A stretch of 64,000 nt of DNA from Vicugna vicugna (lineage: Eukaryota), in contig MU058781.1 of the NCBI GenBank assembly GCA_013265495.1, positions 724,963 through 788,962 of the forward strand. Direction: 5' to 3'. Positions 1 to 12,065 of this stretch are shown here, piece by piece (the first letter of the stretch is position 1; each line of letters opens with the position of its first letter). The position numbers and the translations under genes are program-made. Below the pieces are notes generated by a model. That model was not told the DNA's origin. It saw only the letters and a program-made list of their open reading frames with translations, and did no database searches.

Positions 1-1159
1 CTCTAATCATATTCTTGCTATTGCTTCCATGATTTTTGTCACTATAAATCCTTCCACTTATTTCAAACTTTAAAAAAAAAAGGCCCTTCCTTGCCTTTGA
101 AGTTTTCACTGTGACATTGTTCAACTATAATTATACAGTATGCCGTATCATCTTGTGCTGTACGATACCAATCAGGGACTTGGCTGATGAGTTGAATTAT
201 TTCCCTTGTTCAATTAGTTTGCAAGTTTCTAATCCAAGATTAGTTAATTAATCTTTTCAGACTTTTGTTCTAATCATGAGTCCACTCTAGGAATCAAGAT
301 ACCAGACAGTCTTAAGCTAAAATGGAATGTGTACAGTTAAGCCCTCATCCATAAGTGGATTTTTAGTAAGCCCAAGTTTTTTCAAAGTTGTTTATGAATT
401 TTGCCACTCTAATATAATTGATAGCTTTTTCAATTATTAAATTCATTTTGTTGTTAAATAAAAAGATTTGCCTTCACTCCTGGGTAGGTTCTTCCTTAAC
501 TCACTGCTTATTCTCATTTTTATAATGGTCACTGGCTTTTAGAAGAACTGAAGTTCATGTTGACGAGGCAGTAGAAGAATGGAAATGTCAGTGTAATAAA
601 CATTTACTCTAAGTGCAAAAAGGGACGACCCTTTATTAACAAGAAATGCTATTTTGTACAGTAAGACAGGATGGAAAAAGAGCAAGAACTGTGGATTTAC
701 TTAAGTAATTCAGACAACGTCATGCACTTAATCTGAATGCATTTTTAACCATCTTTTCATGATAAGAAGATCTGTTTACTATACTTTGCAAATCAATAAG
801 GATAACTTTAAGCTTGTATGAGTAATTAGCATACCGTGTTTTTAATTACCTTGAATTTCATTTAGCTGTTTTTTGAAATGTATCATTAAATATGTTTTCC
901 CAGCTCAAATTTAACCTCCATAGGGTTAAAAATACTTCAATAAAAATACTTCTGAATGAGACTGAACAACAAATAGGGACATTTTTCTCCCAATGACTAC
1001 GTTTAAAGCCTGCCATTAGTTGAATACTGCTTTCTATATGCTGGGGTTAAGTACCATCTCACACCATGATGTGGCAGGGCATCTCACAAAGTGCCCCTTT
1101 CAAGTTCCAATTCAACACACAGTTTTCCTTTACTGGTTTCTCATATGGGTACCTTCTAT

Positions 1160-1345
1160 GAGCAAGTACTGAGCGGGGTGCATTACATATTTTATTTTAA
1201 TCCTCCTAACAGCCCTGTGACTTTAGGAATATTTATCCCATTTTACTGATAAAGAAACTGAGGCCCAGAGAAGTGTATCTGCTTTCCCAAGGTCACATAG
1301 ATGATATGGGTTAGAGCCAAAATTTGAACCTAAGTCTATCTCATG
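1160..1345 (-). mobile_element. MIR SINE
   Basis: CCCATTTTACTGATAAAGAAACTGAGGCCCAGAGAAG...CCCAAGGTCACA...TTTGAACC is the reverse complement of the MIR core. Confidence 0.9.
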
Positions 1346-3432
1346 CTAAAATCCATGTTTGTTTGTTCCAGTACATAAATTGCCAAGAATTGCAGTCTTA
1401 ATTGAATTGCATTTCCACAAGCATGTAATATGAAGTGTTGTCTTGTTTTTAAAATGGATTAATATTTAGACTTCTTGCAAACCCACACTTTTCGTTAATA
1501 CAAAGCAAACTGACCCTGACCCTCCAACCACCACAAGACAAGACCTGCAACAGTGGCTCAATCAAAACAGAAACAAAAACAAAAAAAGAGCAAAACCCTT
1601 TGTCTCCATGTAACTGCAGTCAGATGAGCTGTGCCCTGACCTACTCTGTTCATTTAACAGACTCCAGTGTCTACTCTAAATGGAAGGGCTGAAGTATTTT
1701 CAAGGTTGCTGTCATTTGGAATTTTAGGTCATGCCACACTGCACACCTGCACATCAGCTTAACGGCCACCCTGTAGATTGTATCTCTGGCATACTGTATA
1801 TTAATAGAATATTGATATTGCAAAAATACTGTTGTGGGATTCATCACTGGGTAAATCCTCCACCGTCTGCAGTTTTACAGAGCCATTTAATTAGCAATTT
1901 TACAACCTCCTCTCCTCTCATTAAATTAATTAATAATTAAGTTCAAATATAGGCATCCTTAATGTCATAATTATATTTCAGTTTTATGGTCACTGGAGTT
2001 TAGCTCATTAGAGGAGGCACTCAAACCATAGCCCTGTTTAGTGGCTGAAGCACGTCTGTGTCACCAGGCTGATTCCAGTCGGTCTAGTATTTCCTCTGTT
2101 TCTTTAGCAGCACAACCATTTTGTCTTTGTCCTCTGTGAGTGTAAAGTAACAGTCGGAGTAACCACATCAACAAATGCGATGCAAAGCATGTATGATGTG
2201 ATTCTGCGAGTCCCTGGACTTTTACGGTGTCTCCCCGGAATCCTTCTGTAATGTTAGCCCTCACTGCGCCTTCTGATTGGATCAAGTTCCACCTCTGCAC
2301 TTGGCATTAAGCACAAAGTAACCATGTCAAAGCCTCGTGAGTGATGTCCTCTCATTGACTTTATGATTTACTAAGTCAGTCATGGCATTTCACACAATAT
2401 GGTAGGCTGTACATTACTTTAGATGGAGTGGATTTATTTCAGTCATTATCACTGATTAAACCAGCTTAGTTGAAGAAGCAAAACAAAACTTGCCTTTGAA
2501 ATTGCTCTTATTTAATTTTGTTCGCCTTCACATAACCCAGGACAGTGCTAATTATTCCTTGATGGAGCTCATATTTCTAATGTAATTCATATGTAAATTC
2601 TAATTCGATTCATATGGGAATGTTTGTGCTCCTTGCCTCATTTCAGGCTAGAACACAAACACAGAATTAAAACTGTTTGGAAATGAAAACTTGCTGTTGC
2701 CTTTTTTGACTTGGCTTTGATTTCCTTTGCTTTGTTGTTTCTGTAATAGAGCTTAATCACTTTTGAAGCTTAAGATTTTAAACTGTACTTTAGGGGATAA
2801 AAACAATGTTTACACCTTTAAAGAATCTGGGGATATTTGGAAGGTGCAAATTGCATTCTCTCATGCTAACAGAAGTCTTACCATTTAAGGCTCTTCTCAA
2901 GTTTTCCCTGAGTGGAGATATTCTTGATCTAAGAACCCCAAAATGACAATCTTCATAAACTATATGAAGGAAAATGTAATAATTATTCTATTGTCTTGCT
3001 GACAACAGGCTGTCATGAAGATGAAATAAAAATGGAGCAGATCTCAAATTAAAGATTATTTTTTAAAAATAGTGATGAGTTTCTATGAATTTGAATAGTC
3101 TTTGGTATTGCAACTGACATCTTTGAAGAATCATGAGTGAAGATATGCCATGTTTAAAAAAATGCACTCGGCTGAACCAAGTCCTGTTATGTGTGCCAAA
3201 AATATTAACTGCTACAAGGCCAAGAGCAGGTGGAAAACTGTAGGGTGTTCTGTATAAAACCCACAGTAAATGACCAACGCGAAGGATGCAGAGAGAAGAT
3301 GTGCAGGTGACAGCAGATCCGGTCCTCCTGGCGAGGAGCCGACAGTCACTTTACCTGTCTTCAAGGGAAGCTCCAAGGCTAGAGGCTCACAGAGCTCTTT
3401 GGACTATGCCAATTTGGCTTTTAGTCCACTGG

Positions 3433-3464
3433 GTGTGTGTGTGTGCGCGCGCGCGCACGCGCAC
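3433..3464. repeat. (GT)n(GC)n alternating purine-pyrimidine microsatellite
   Basis: GTGTGTGTGTGTGCGCGCGCGCGCACGCGCAC read directly. Confidence 0.95.
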
Positions 3465-4769
3465 CTGTGTGCACTGTCGTGCGTGTTCTCACTCTACAGT
3501 GAGCTTGAGTTATACTCTCATGCCCGATTAATTTTTATATGTTGTATTTTAGACAAAATTTTCACACTTAAGGATATCTCCAATATAATTTAAAAATAAT
3601 AGGAAAATATCTAAGATGATGACCTGAGATTAAAAAGTTAAATCACAATTAGACCTATTTTCCACTTCAACCATACCTCCCGTGACACTTTTTTAAAGTG
3701 AAAAAGTTGATTCCTGCTTCTTTGTCATCTCTCTTCTCACTCATCCAATGGACACTGCTTTGTAATGTTTTTCACATAAGCCAAGGAAGCTGCGATGTCT
3801 CAGTTCAGTACAAATTACAAACTGTGGGATGGACATTGACAAATAATGATGTATTTGTATTTGGCATCCGATCATATTTGCAGTCAGAAAGGGCTTTTTC
3901 AGTCATGACACCCATACATAGACTGACTTTGTAATATCTAGGACGTAATTACCCTTGCATTCAATATGCACACACACATACGCACACATCATGCCAACAT
4001 TAGAGCTGTCCGAAACTATTTTCAATAATTGATTTGCCATTTAATTGAACAGCATGACTGACTAACATAGCTCATTACTTTACTCATTAGTTAATTATCG
4101 AAGAAAGTAGGACAAGTCAATAAAATGGAAGGCTGTAAATTCCAATACTAATTAGCACCATTTCCTTAGAGACATATTTAAGGGCAGATTGGCTACCTGA
4201 ATGTCCTAGGACCTTGCAGATGAAGGAGAAGGGTAGATGCCCCATAAATCTAGATTACTGGAAAGGAAGACGAGTAGACAGTAAGTAGACACGTAGACTT
4301 GTACTTGGCAACCAGGTCGGAAATCATTGTTAGGGGAAAGGAGAGTCCTTCATTTGGTGTACTTTGAAAACAGTTTGCAAAACAAACATGCATTGCTTTT
4401 TCTTTTAAAATAATATTTCCCACTTTGGTTTTCACAGCCAGTTCACGTACATTATCAGGTTAAAAGATATTTATAAATGGATTCCATCTTCAGTGCAATT
4501 CTATTAGAAGGACAAATGCTTTTGAAAGCTGACAGTTCTTTTTGACTTACGAGACAAAAGATGGCCATATATGCTCTTTCAATCCGCATTAACCTCGTGT
4601 AACTAAAAGATGCCACTATATATATTCATTCCGTAAGTGAAACACATACACGCACACACTTAACACACATAAGTGCGTGCATATACACAATCATGTGCTC
4701 ACCTACATTTTGTCTTCCTCATTACATAGAACTGGATTCAGGGCCCCTCTGTGACAGTGCTACATTTAT

Positions 4770-4870
4770 GCCCTTGGAAAAACATCTTTCTTTCATTGGG
4801 ACTCAGTATTTTCTCATCTATATAATGGGGACAATCAGGGCAACATTTCAGTGTTGAGAAGCTGAAAAGA
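4770..4870 (+). mobile_element. MIR fragment
   Basis: CTCAGTATTTTCTCATCTATATAATGGGGACAAT resembles the MIR core CTCAGTTTCCTCATCTGTAAAATGGGGATAAT. Confidence 0.7.
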
Positions 4871-6254
4871 AATAGTAAGTTTTTTGTTCCAGCTGTCTGT
4901 GTCTGTCGCAGTGCCTGGTGTGGGTCCTCCTCTGTCCTTGATAAAATTCCTAGTCAGCCTGGATGAGGCTGTCAGATGACCCAGAACAATGTTTGGCTCA
5001 GTCACAGCAGAAAATCATTTGTAAAGTCAGGGATTCTGGCCATGGGATTATTTATTTAAATGGTCAGAACTCAGGGGGCTGGTTATGATTGTATATGTGA
5101 TACGGGTTGTACAGGAGGGGAGCTCTGTTAGGGAGGCAGTGCTGGCCTCTGCCTGGCTGCTGTGGCCATGATCTTTGATGGAGAATTTCCAGTAAGAGAC
5201 GGCCATTAATCTTGCATTAACCTTGATTACTTTTGCCTTCCGTCTCTCAAACATTGCCCAATTTGTTCACGCTGTGGTGGAACTAGACCTAAGAGAGTGC
5301 ACACTTTCACACTGATTTCATACTTAGTTAAATTCAGCTAGGAAAAAAAAGGAAACTTTGGCATTTATGCAGTCCATGCAGTTCTCCCCATGTACGTTCA
5401 CGTATACACACGCAGAAGTGAGACAGCTGTTATTAACCCATATTCTAAATAATGAAATTGGGTGATGATATTCAAGGATATGCAGGCAACTGAAGGCAAA
5501 GCTGTGATTGAAATTTATCTTTCTGATTGTCAGTGTTCTTGTCATAATCCCAAATCTTATAGCCATTAAATACTATATCTAGAAGGACGTCCAATATTGC
5601 CAAGTCAACACTCTTGGTTCAGAAAAGAAAATGCAAACTCTGGAAGGTTAAGCAAGTTTCACACATCCTGTGACCAGATGTTTCCATCGTTTGGTCTAGA
5701 CTCTCATCTCTTTGTCTCCTATTCCAATGTCCCTTCCTAGTCCACATCCTCCTCCCCTGGGGATTTGCCCTAATCTCAACCTATTTTTTCTTGTTTACCC
5801 TTCTCTACTTCATCGCTTCCACGGCTCTCCAGACAGCTTGGAATTCAGTTTTGACTGAGCAGTGCTGGGTCTAATAGGAAGGAGAAAATGTCTCTTGAAT
5901 AAAGAGCTGCAGGTTCCTAGAACTTACCTTTAGGGATTTCTAACAGCTCACTTTGGGGTGATTATGAGTGTTCTTTTGGCTTCCTTGTTTGTGCAAGTAT
6001 ATATAATGGGCAAGAAGAGGTAAAAGAAAACTCTCAAGTATGTCTCTATTTGTAAACCTGTGTGCACTTTTCTTGAACTACCCCCAGGCTAAATTTCCAG
6101 CCTCCTTTCCTACCACTGTTCCTACAGCTTCTTGTGCCCTTACTAAATTCCTCATAACCCCAAAATGCCCCATGTGCCTTCACTTATTAGGGCCTTTGTT
6201 CATTCCAGACCAGACCCTCTCCCCAAAATGCACTTGCCTCCGTCTGTCTTGGTC

Positions 6255-6530
6255 AGAACCCTATTCAGCCTGATAAAGCACATCTTAAACATCGCCTCTG
6301 TGAGGAGACTCTCTGTGACCCTAGGAGGAATGAACTCTTTGATCTCATGAAGCATTTTGCTAACCCTACGGTCCACATTCCAGAGTATTTTCGCTAGCCT
6401 TCCCTCTACTGCATCATTAAGTTACGGTACACATCTTCTTCTTCTTCTTTGTTTACACAAATACCTAGCACAGAAGCTGGTACAGAATTTGACACTTGAC
6501 ACGTATTAATTGAACAAGTGAACAAACAAA
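6255..6530 (+). mobile_element. L2 LINE 3' end
   Basis: CCTCTGTGAGGAGACTCTCTGTGACC, then TACCTAGCACAGAAGCTGGTACAG...TTAATTGAACAAGTGAAC, typical of the L2 3' tail. Confidence 0.6.
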
Positions 6531-7809
6531 CTATAAATTAGTAAGACGGAATACTTGCAAAAGTATTTTGTAACGTTTTGCTTTTTAAAAAACCAATCAA
6601 TATTCTTAAATAGCTAGGCATTTTGCCATATTTAGAGAAAGTATTTTTTTCAAGATTATATTTGATATTTTAAAGAAGAATTTCTAAGTATGTATATTAA
6701 AATACCTTGGTTATAATTTACTAAGATTTATTTTTAAAGCATAAATAAAGAAATAACACTCTAGGTAAATTTTGTAATAAACTCTAAGATAAATATAAAG
6801 GAAAATCACAACTTACTTTTCTTTGACATATTATAGTTGGCGTTATTCTCAAACCACAAGCAATAATTTCTCTTTTCAAACATGTTTTATAAGTACTATA
6901 TTAAACTAAACTCTTCTAACGATTATGGGGGGGTTGGAAGATCAAGCCTCAAGTACTAATAAATGAAGGCTGAGATTTAAGAGGAAGATGTGGTGGGGTC
7001 CTGTAATGAAAAGCTTCTGGTAAAAATAGTAAAAAAGAAAAAAAAACACTAATGATTTCAGCAAAAACATCGAAAAATACATACCCTCTATGAACATTTG
7101 GAAATTATGAACATTCCAGAAGAAAATGGTCAATTGCCCATACCAAATAAAATTAATTTGGGAAAAGCTAAAGTAAACTATATTTTCACTATTAAATGTC
7201 ACTCTGAAGGCATAAATGCGATCACAAATTATCTTAGTATTTGGAAAACAACCACCAATTGTACAGGCAAGATATTCCAAACTTAAAATTCTTGGCCAAC
7301 ATGAGTTAGCACAGGAAAATCTGTCCAGAATCCTTGAAGGGAAAGCAAGAAGAAAAACGACATAATGTCTTGTGTTCATTAGAAATCTCTTTACATAGAG
7401 AAACATATGTAATCACACATTACACAGGGAACCAGAAACACAAATGGTTACCAGAATAATAAAAATGTTGATTAAAATATAAACCTTAAGTTAATAGCTT
7501 TTATTAAAATGGATTCCCAAGCTGCATAAAGCAACTGATTTCAAAGTAAAAAATAAATTAACCAATGTGTGTCATTAAATTATTATTTGCCTGATTGATC
7601 CCATTAGGTTAACTAAATTTAAGCATTTTAGCAAATAAGTTATGAATTTAGTAAGATAAATACATCATCTCAAATAAGAGAATTTATAGAGTAACATTTA
7701 AATGCATATAATAAATAGAGTTTATTATTTGAGTGTGTAGATATTTGCTTTACCTGAGAATAGTTCTAAGATAGAAAAGTTGGAAATTTGTGAATAATTT
7801 GTGCATTGG

Positions 7810-8262
7810 AAAACAGTGAATAATGCTATGATGAACATTGGCATATAAGTATCAGTTTGAATTCCTATTTTCAATTCTTTTGGCTGCACCATTTTATATT
7901 CCCACCAGCAATGAAAGAAGGCTCTAATTTGTCTACACCTTCACCAATACTTGTTTTCCATGTTTTTATTATAGCCACCTAGTGCATTGAAGCGGCATCT
8001 CATTGCCGTTTGGATTTGTGAGTCCCTAATGACTAATGATGCTTATTAGCATCTTTTCATGACCTTTTTGGCCATTTGTATATCTTCTTAGGAGAAATGT
8101 CTGTTCAAGTTCCTTGCAAATTTTTAAATTTGTATGTTTTTGTGGATGAGTTACAGGGGTTCCTTATAGATTGTGGATATTAAACTATTATCAAATATAG
8201 ATTTACAAATATCTTCTACCATTCTACAGATTTTCTTATCATTTTCTTAATAATGTCCTCTG
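7810..8262 (-). mobile_element. Old L1 (L1M-type) fragment, ORF2 C-terminal region
   Basis: Antisense L1 hallmarks GTGAATAATGCTATGATGAACATTGG, CCATTTTATATTCCCACCAGCAATG and GCCATTTGTATATCTTCTTAGGAGAAATGTCTGTTCAAG. An internal deletion appears near 7880. Confidence 0.9.
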
Positions 8263-8664
8263 ATTTTATTGTGAAATAACTTGTCAGTTTATCGAAGTTA
8301 TTCAGTCTTCTTGTTTTGAAAAGCAGTGTTTCACGTAATTAACGTCTTTTAAAGAAATCCTTCATTTAGTTCAATTCAACAAGTGGTTATTAAAAGTGTT
8401 TGTACCAAGAAGTGAGAATATAAAAATTTTAAAAAGCATAGTCCTTGCCATCAGATAACAGAATCTTTGAATGTCAAAGACACATAAAGAGCTTGTTCGA
8501 CATATGCAATAACAAGCAAAGTGCAGCTCATATTTGCAAAAAATGATCTAAATCTTTAATTGTCAAATACAGGCACTAGATTTACAGAAACAGCAAGGGA
8601 GGGAAGTGAAATGAATTGCATAAAAGCTTTGCCATGCAAGAGCTCTTAATCTGTCCTAAGCTTG

Positions 8665-8815
8665 AGGTGCTCTCCTTCCCTCATCTGTAACCTTGGGATA
8701 CTGATTCTTCTTCTTAGCTTGTGGGATTATTGTATAAGATGAAATGAGATAACAGATGTGAAAACATTTTGGGGATTTAAAGGTGCTGTGCAAATGTAAG
8801 ACCTATTATTATTAT
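8665..8815 (+). mobile_element. MIR (MIR3/MIRc-like) fragment
   Basis: CCCTCATCTGTAA...GATTATTGTATAAGATGAAATGAGATAACAGATGTGAAAAC...GTGCTGTGCAAATGTAAG. Confidence 0.8.
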
Positions 8816-9699
8816 GCATCCTTCTGCATCAATTACTTAGCATCATAATAGTTGGTAATAATCATTAAAGGGCATCATTAGAAATGCGGGCACGTCTATA
8901 AGTTTATCTGCGGTCTCTGTGTTTGTGTACGTAGTACACCTGCACACTTGACATGCTGGTAGGTGCTTTGATTTTATTTTCCAAGCAAACTATGCATTTC
9001 TCTTCTGGTAAAGAACAAGCAACTCAATTTTAGCTCATGTTCTCTGCTGTTATGCTCCTGGCTTTCATTTTGCACAGCCCTCTTTACCAGTGCAAGATCC
9101 AGACGTTTCCACTGTAGGCAGAGTGAAATGTGCAGGCTGGAATTGTTCGGTCAAGTTTTAGTGGTCCTTTTGCAGAAACTGGGCCCTCAGGCCTCAGCAG
9201 CCTTTAATCAGCTGTAACTGGAGTGAAGCTGTCAGCCCCTGCTTGTTCTGTGTCAGCTTTAGTACCATTTAGAGCATCCCTGATAAATGTACAGTACAAC
9301 TTTAACAGTCAACCTGCGAGAAAGAAAAACCAAACATCTCTCAAACATTGAAACTTTCTTCAGCCTTGTCATGAAAAATCTACGGGCTAGAAATTCCATT
9401 GTTCACAGAACAGAAGTTGGCAACAGGTGAAAAGATAAGATGGAAAATACAGGAATTTTGGTACGTGTAAGGGTTTTATAAGATGTGCAAAAATAGAGGA
9501 AAAATGAAAGAGAATAAAAGAAAAGAAAAGAATTAGGATGGGCAGAAATTGATGAAGAGAAAAGGTAAAGTGCTAAGAGAAGGTTCCCATGATTTTCTCC
9601 GTGAATTAGGAGAAGACCACCTCAGGGTATAGTCTCTAGAATATACTCCAGAGGGTGGAAGGTGTGTGGTTTGATTGAAGGGAATTGATGTGATAACTT

Positions 9700-9910
9700 A
9701 GAAGTACTAGAATTTGAAGGATTACATTTGAGTTACTACTTTATTTACTGCACGTGTGAAACTAAGAAAACTTGAGAAAGCTGAAAGCCAATTTTAAGAC
9801 TCGTTTTCTCATCTATAAAATGAAGATAAAATAATACTGACCCCACAGAGTTTTTGTGAAGATGAAATGAAATAATATGTGAGCTTCATACACTCTAAAG
9901 CATTCTACAG
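9700..9910 (+). mobile_element. MIR fragment
   Basis: TTTTCTCATCTATAAAATGAAGATAAAATAATACTGACCCCACAGAGTTTTTGTGAAGATGAAATGAAATAATATGTG. Confidence 0.85.
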
Positions 9911-10162
9911 AATTTGGCTTAGTGTTGCTAGTATTCTAAGAGATTAACTATAAATCTACTGAAAAGGAATAATTCATGTTTCTAAGAACTCTAATATTAA
10001 GCATGGGCTTAAATTGAGTTGCTTAAATAGAATATTCCATTCACACTGAAGATCATAGTCAAGTTCAGTCAGACATGTCTCTGGTGTCACAGTCAGGCTG
10101 GGTCGATGGCCAGTCGGTTGCTTCTTGGAATGAAAGGAAGTGAACATTTTCAAACCTTTAAA

Positions 10163-10350
10163 TCAGCTTCTCTCAAAGTATGTTCCAGAGAATGTTAGTC
10201 ATGTGAAATAAAATATCCATGGTCAAATAAATACATTTTATAAATATAACACATCATTTCCCTAATGGAAATTTACAACACATTTTAGTGCATCAAAGTT
10301 CCTTAGAAGTCCAGCAGTAAAGAAATCTGGTCAACATTTTAGTTAATCAC
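10163..10350. mobile_element. hAT-Charlie DNA transposon relic (MER103C-like)
   Basis: CTCAAAGTATGTTCC...CCATGGTCAAATAA...AGAAGTCCAGCAGTAAAGAAATCTG resembles the recalled MER103C consensus. Confidence 0.6.
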
Positions 10351-11054
10351 CAGTTTGAACTGTGCACTCTGAAATCCCAGAGAACAGGTCCAGTACTTGG
10401 CACCAGTGTTTAATATATGTCAGCTGTCATTATTATTGCTGTTGTAACATCTTACATTTTGTTCACCAAAGAGTTTGGACGACTGACTCCTCAGTGCTTT
10501 TAGAAGGGCGGCATACGTCTCTTTTTTGGAGGAGTGTGTGACACACTCTTTTCCTTACTTTACGTATTTAAAAAAATGAAAACCTGGGTCCATTATAATA
10601 TATCTGATGAAAATAATTAGCGGGTGGAAATGAAAGTAGCAGATCAAATGTTTAACTTTACCGTTCCCCATGAGCAGACTTACCAGTTACACACCGAAGT
10701 GATATACGTGCTTCGTACAAAGGGTGATATCCATTCATTCATTCATTTGATCATTCATTTATACAATAATGTTTATTTAAAACTTAATTATATGGGAGAT
10801 TCTGTGCTAGACAGTCAACTTCTTATAAAAGAAAAGGAAAAAAAGGCAAAGACTACCTACCTACTCTCAAATGTCCAGTGTCCTAGTGAGTAGTCTATTA
10901 AATATAAATGTAGTTTTCATAAGATTTCACATACATTTATAAGGCCCTTAGAAAGTCCTACTCCTAAATATTAAATATATAGATAATACTAGAAATAAAT
11001 AGAAACATCATAGGGAAGAAACAAGATATCATGGGAAGATAATCAAACCTGGAA

Positions 11055-11180
11055 ATGAGTTGAAGATAATCTGGTTATGAATCCTAGTTTCAACATTTTT
11101 TTAGTTGTATGTTTCAAGCAACAGCTTTAGATATTTGCAGAACCTATTTCTTTATATGTAATCATATGAAAATGAAACCG
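11055..11180 (+). mobile_element. MIR fragment
   Basis: CTGGTTATGAATCCTAGTTTCAAC...TTAGTTGTATG...TTTCTTTATATGTAA, a degenerate MIR 5' half and core. Confidence 0.5.
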
Positions 11181-11189
11181 TTGAAAAGA

Positions 11190-11648
11190 CCTGGAAGAAA
11201 CTTAAATGCATATCACTAAGAAAAAGAAGCCAATCTGAAAGGGCTATATTCTGTAAAAGGCAAAACTATGGAGACAGTAAAAGGATCAGTGGTTGCCAGG
11301 GGCTGGAAGTGGGAGGGATGAATAGATGGAGCACAGAAAATTTTTCGGGCAGTGAAAATACTCTGTATGATACTGCAGTGATGGGTAGCTGTCATTACGT
11401 ATTTGGCTAAACCCATGGAATCTACACCACCAAGAGAGAACCCTGATGTAAGCTATGAACTTTGGGTGATTATGATGTGTCATCGTAGGTTCATCAGTTG
11501 GAAAGTATACACCATTCTAATGGGCATGTTGATAATAGGAAAGACTATGCATGTGTGGCATCAGGGAATGTGTGGGAAATCTCTGTACTTTCCCTTCAAT
11601 TTTGCCGTGAACCTAAAACTACCCTGATAAAAACTAAGTCTTAAAAAG
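11190..11648 (+). mobile_element. L1MC-type (L1MC1-like) 3' UTR
   Basis: GGAAGAAACTTAAATGCATAT...GAAGCCAATCTGAAA...GGCAAAACTATGGAGACAGTAAAAGGATCAGTGGTTGCCAGGGG...GGGAAATCTCTGTACTTTCCCTTCAATTTTGCCGTGAACCTAAAACT, ending A-rich. Confidence 0.9.
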
Positions 11649-11724
11649 TACATGGGAAATTCTATTTTTTAAAAAAATGCTATATAACTGAAAACATGTT
11701 CAAAATACTCATTTAACATTTAAT

Positions 11725-12065
11725 AGACCTTGAATATTTAACAGACATTGAATGTTTACCATGTGTCAGGAATTGTGCAAAGCACTGAAGATAAAGAAAT
11801 GAATAGGACACATGCTTTAAAGGACCTTGCAGACAAGCAGAGGAGATAGACATGCAAACAAGTAATTACCATGTAATCATATTAACACATATAATTCATA
11901 GAGGTTGACACAAGTTCCAGAGGTACATTGAAGAGAGTATAATCAAATCTCCTGGCAGAGTCAAGAAAGATTTCGCAGACATGGTGTCATTTAACTTCAG
12001 TATTTGAAAATGAACATGAATTCACCAAACATGGAAGACAGTGAGAAGAATATTCCAAAAGAGGC
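11725..12065 (-). mobile_element. L2 fragment
   Basis: TTTAACAGACATTGAATGTTTACCATGTGTCAGGAATTGTGCAAAGCACTGAAGATAAAGAAATGAATAGGACA is the antisense L2 3' end. Confidence 0.8.

Noticed and set aside
6942..7406. 154-aa minus-strand ORF as a membrane protein
   Set aside because: The Phe/Leu/Ile richness simply reflects T-rich DNA. No family signature or convincing exon boundaries.
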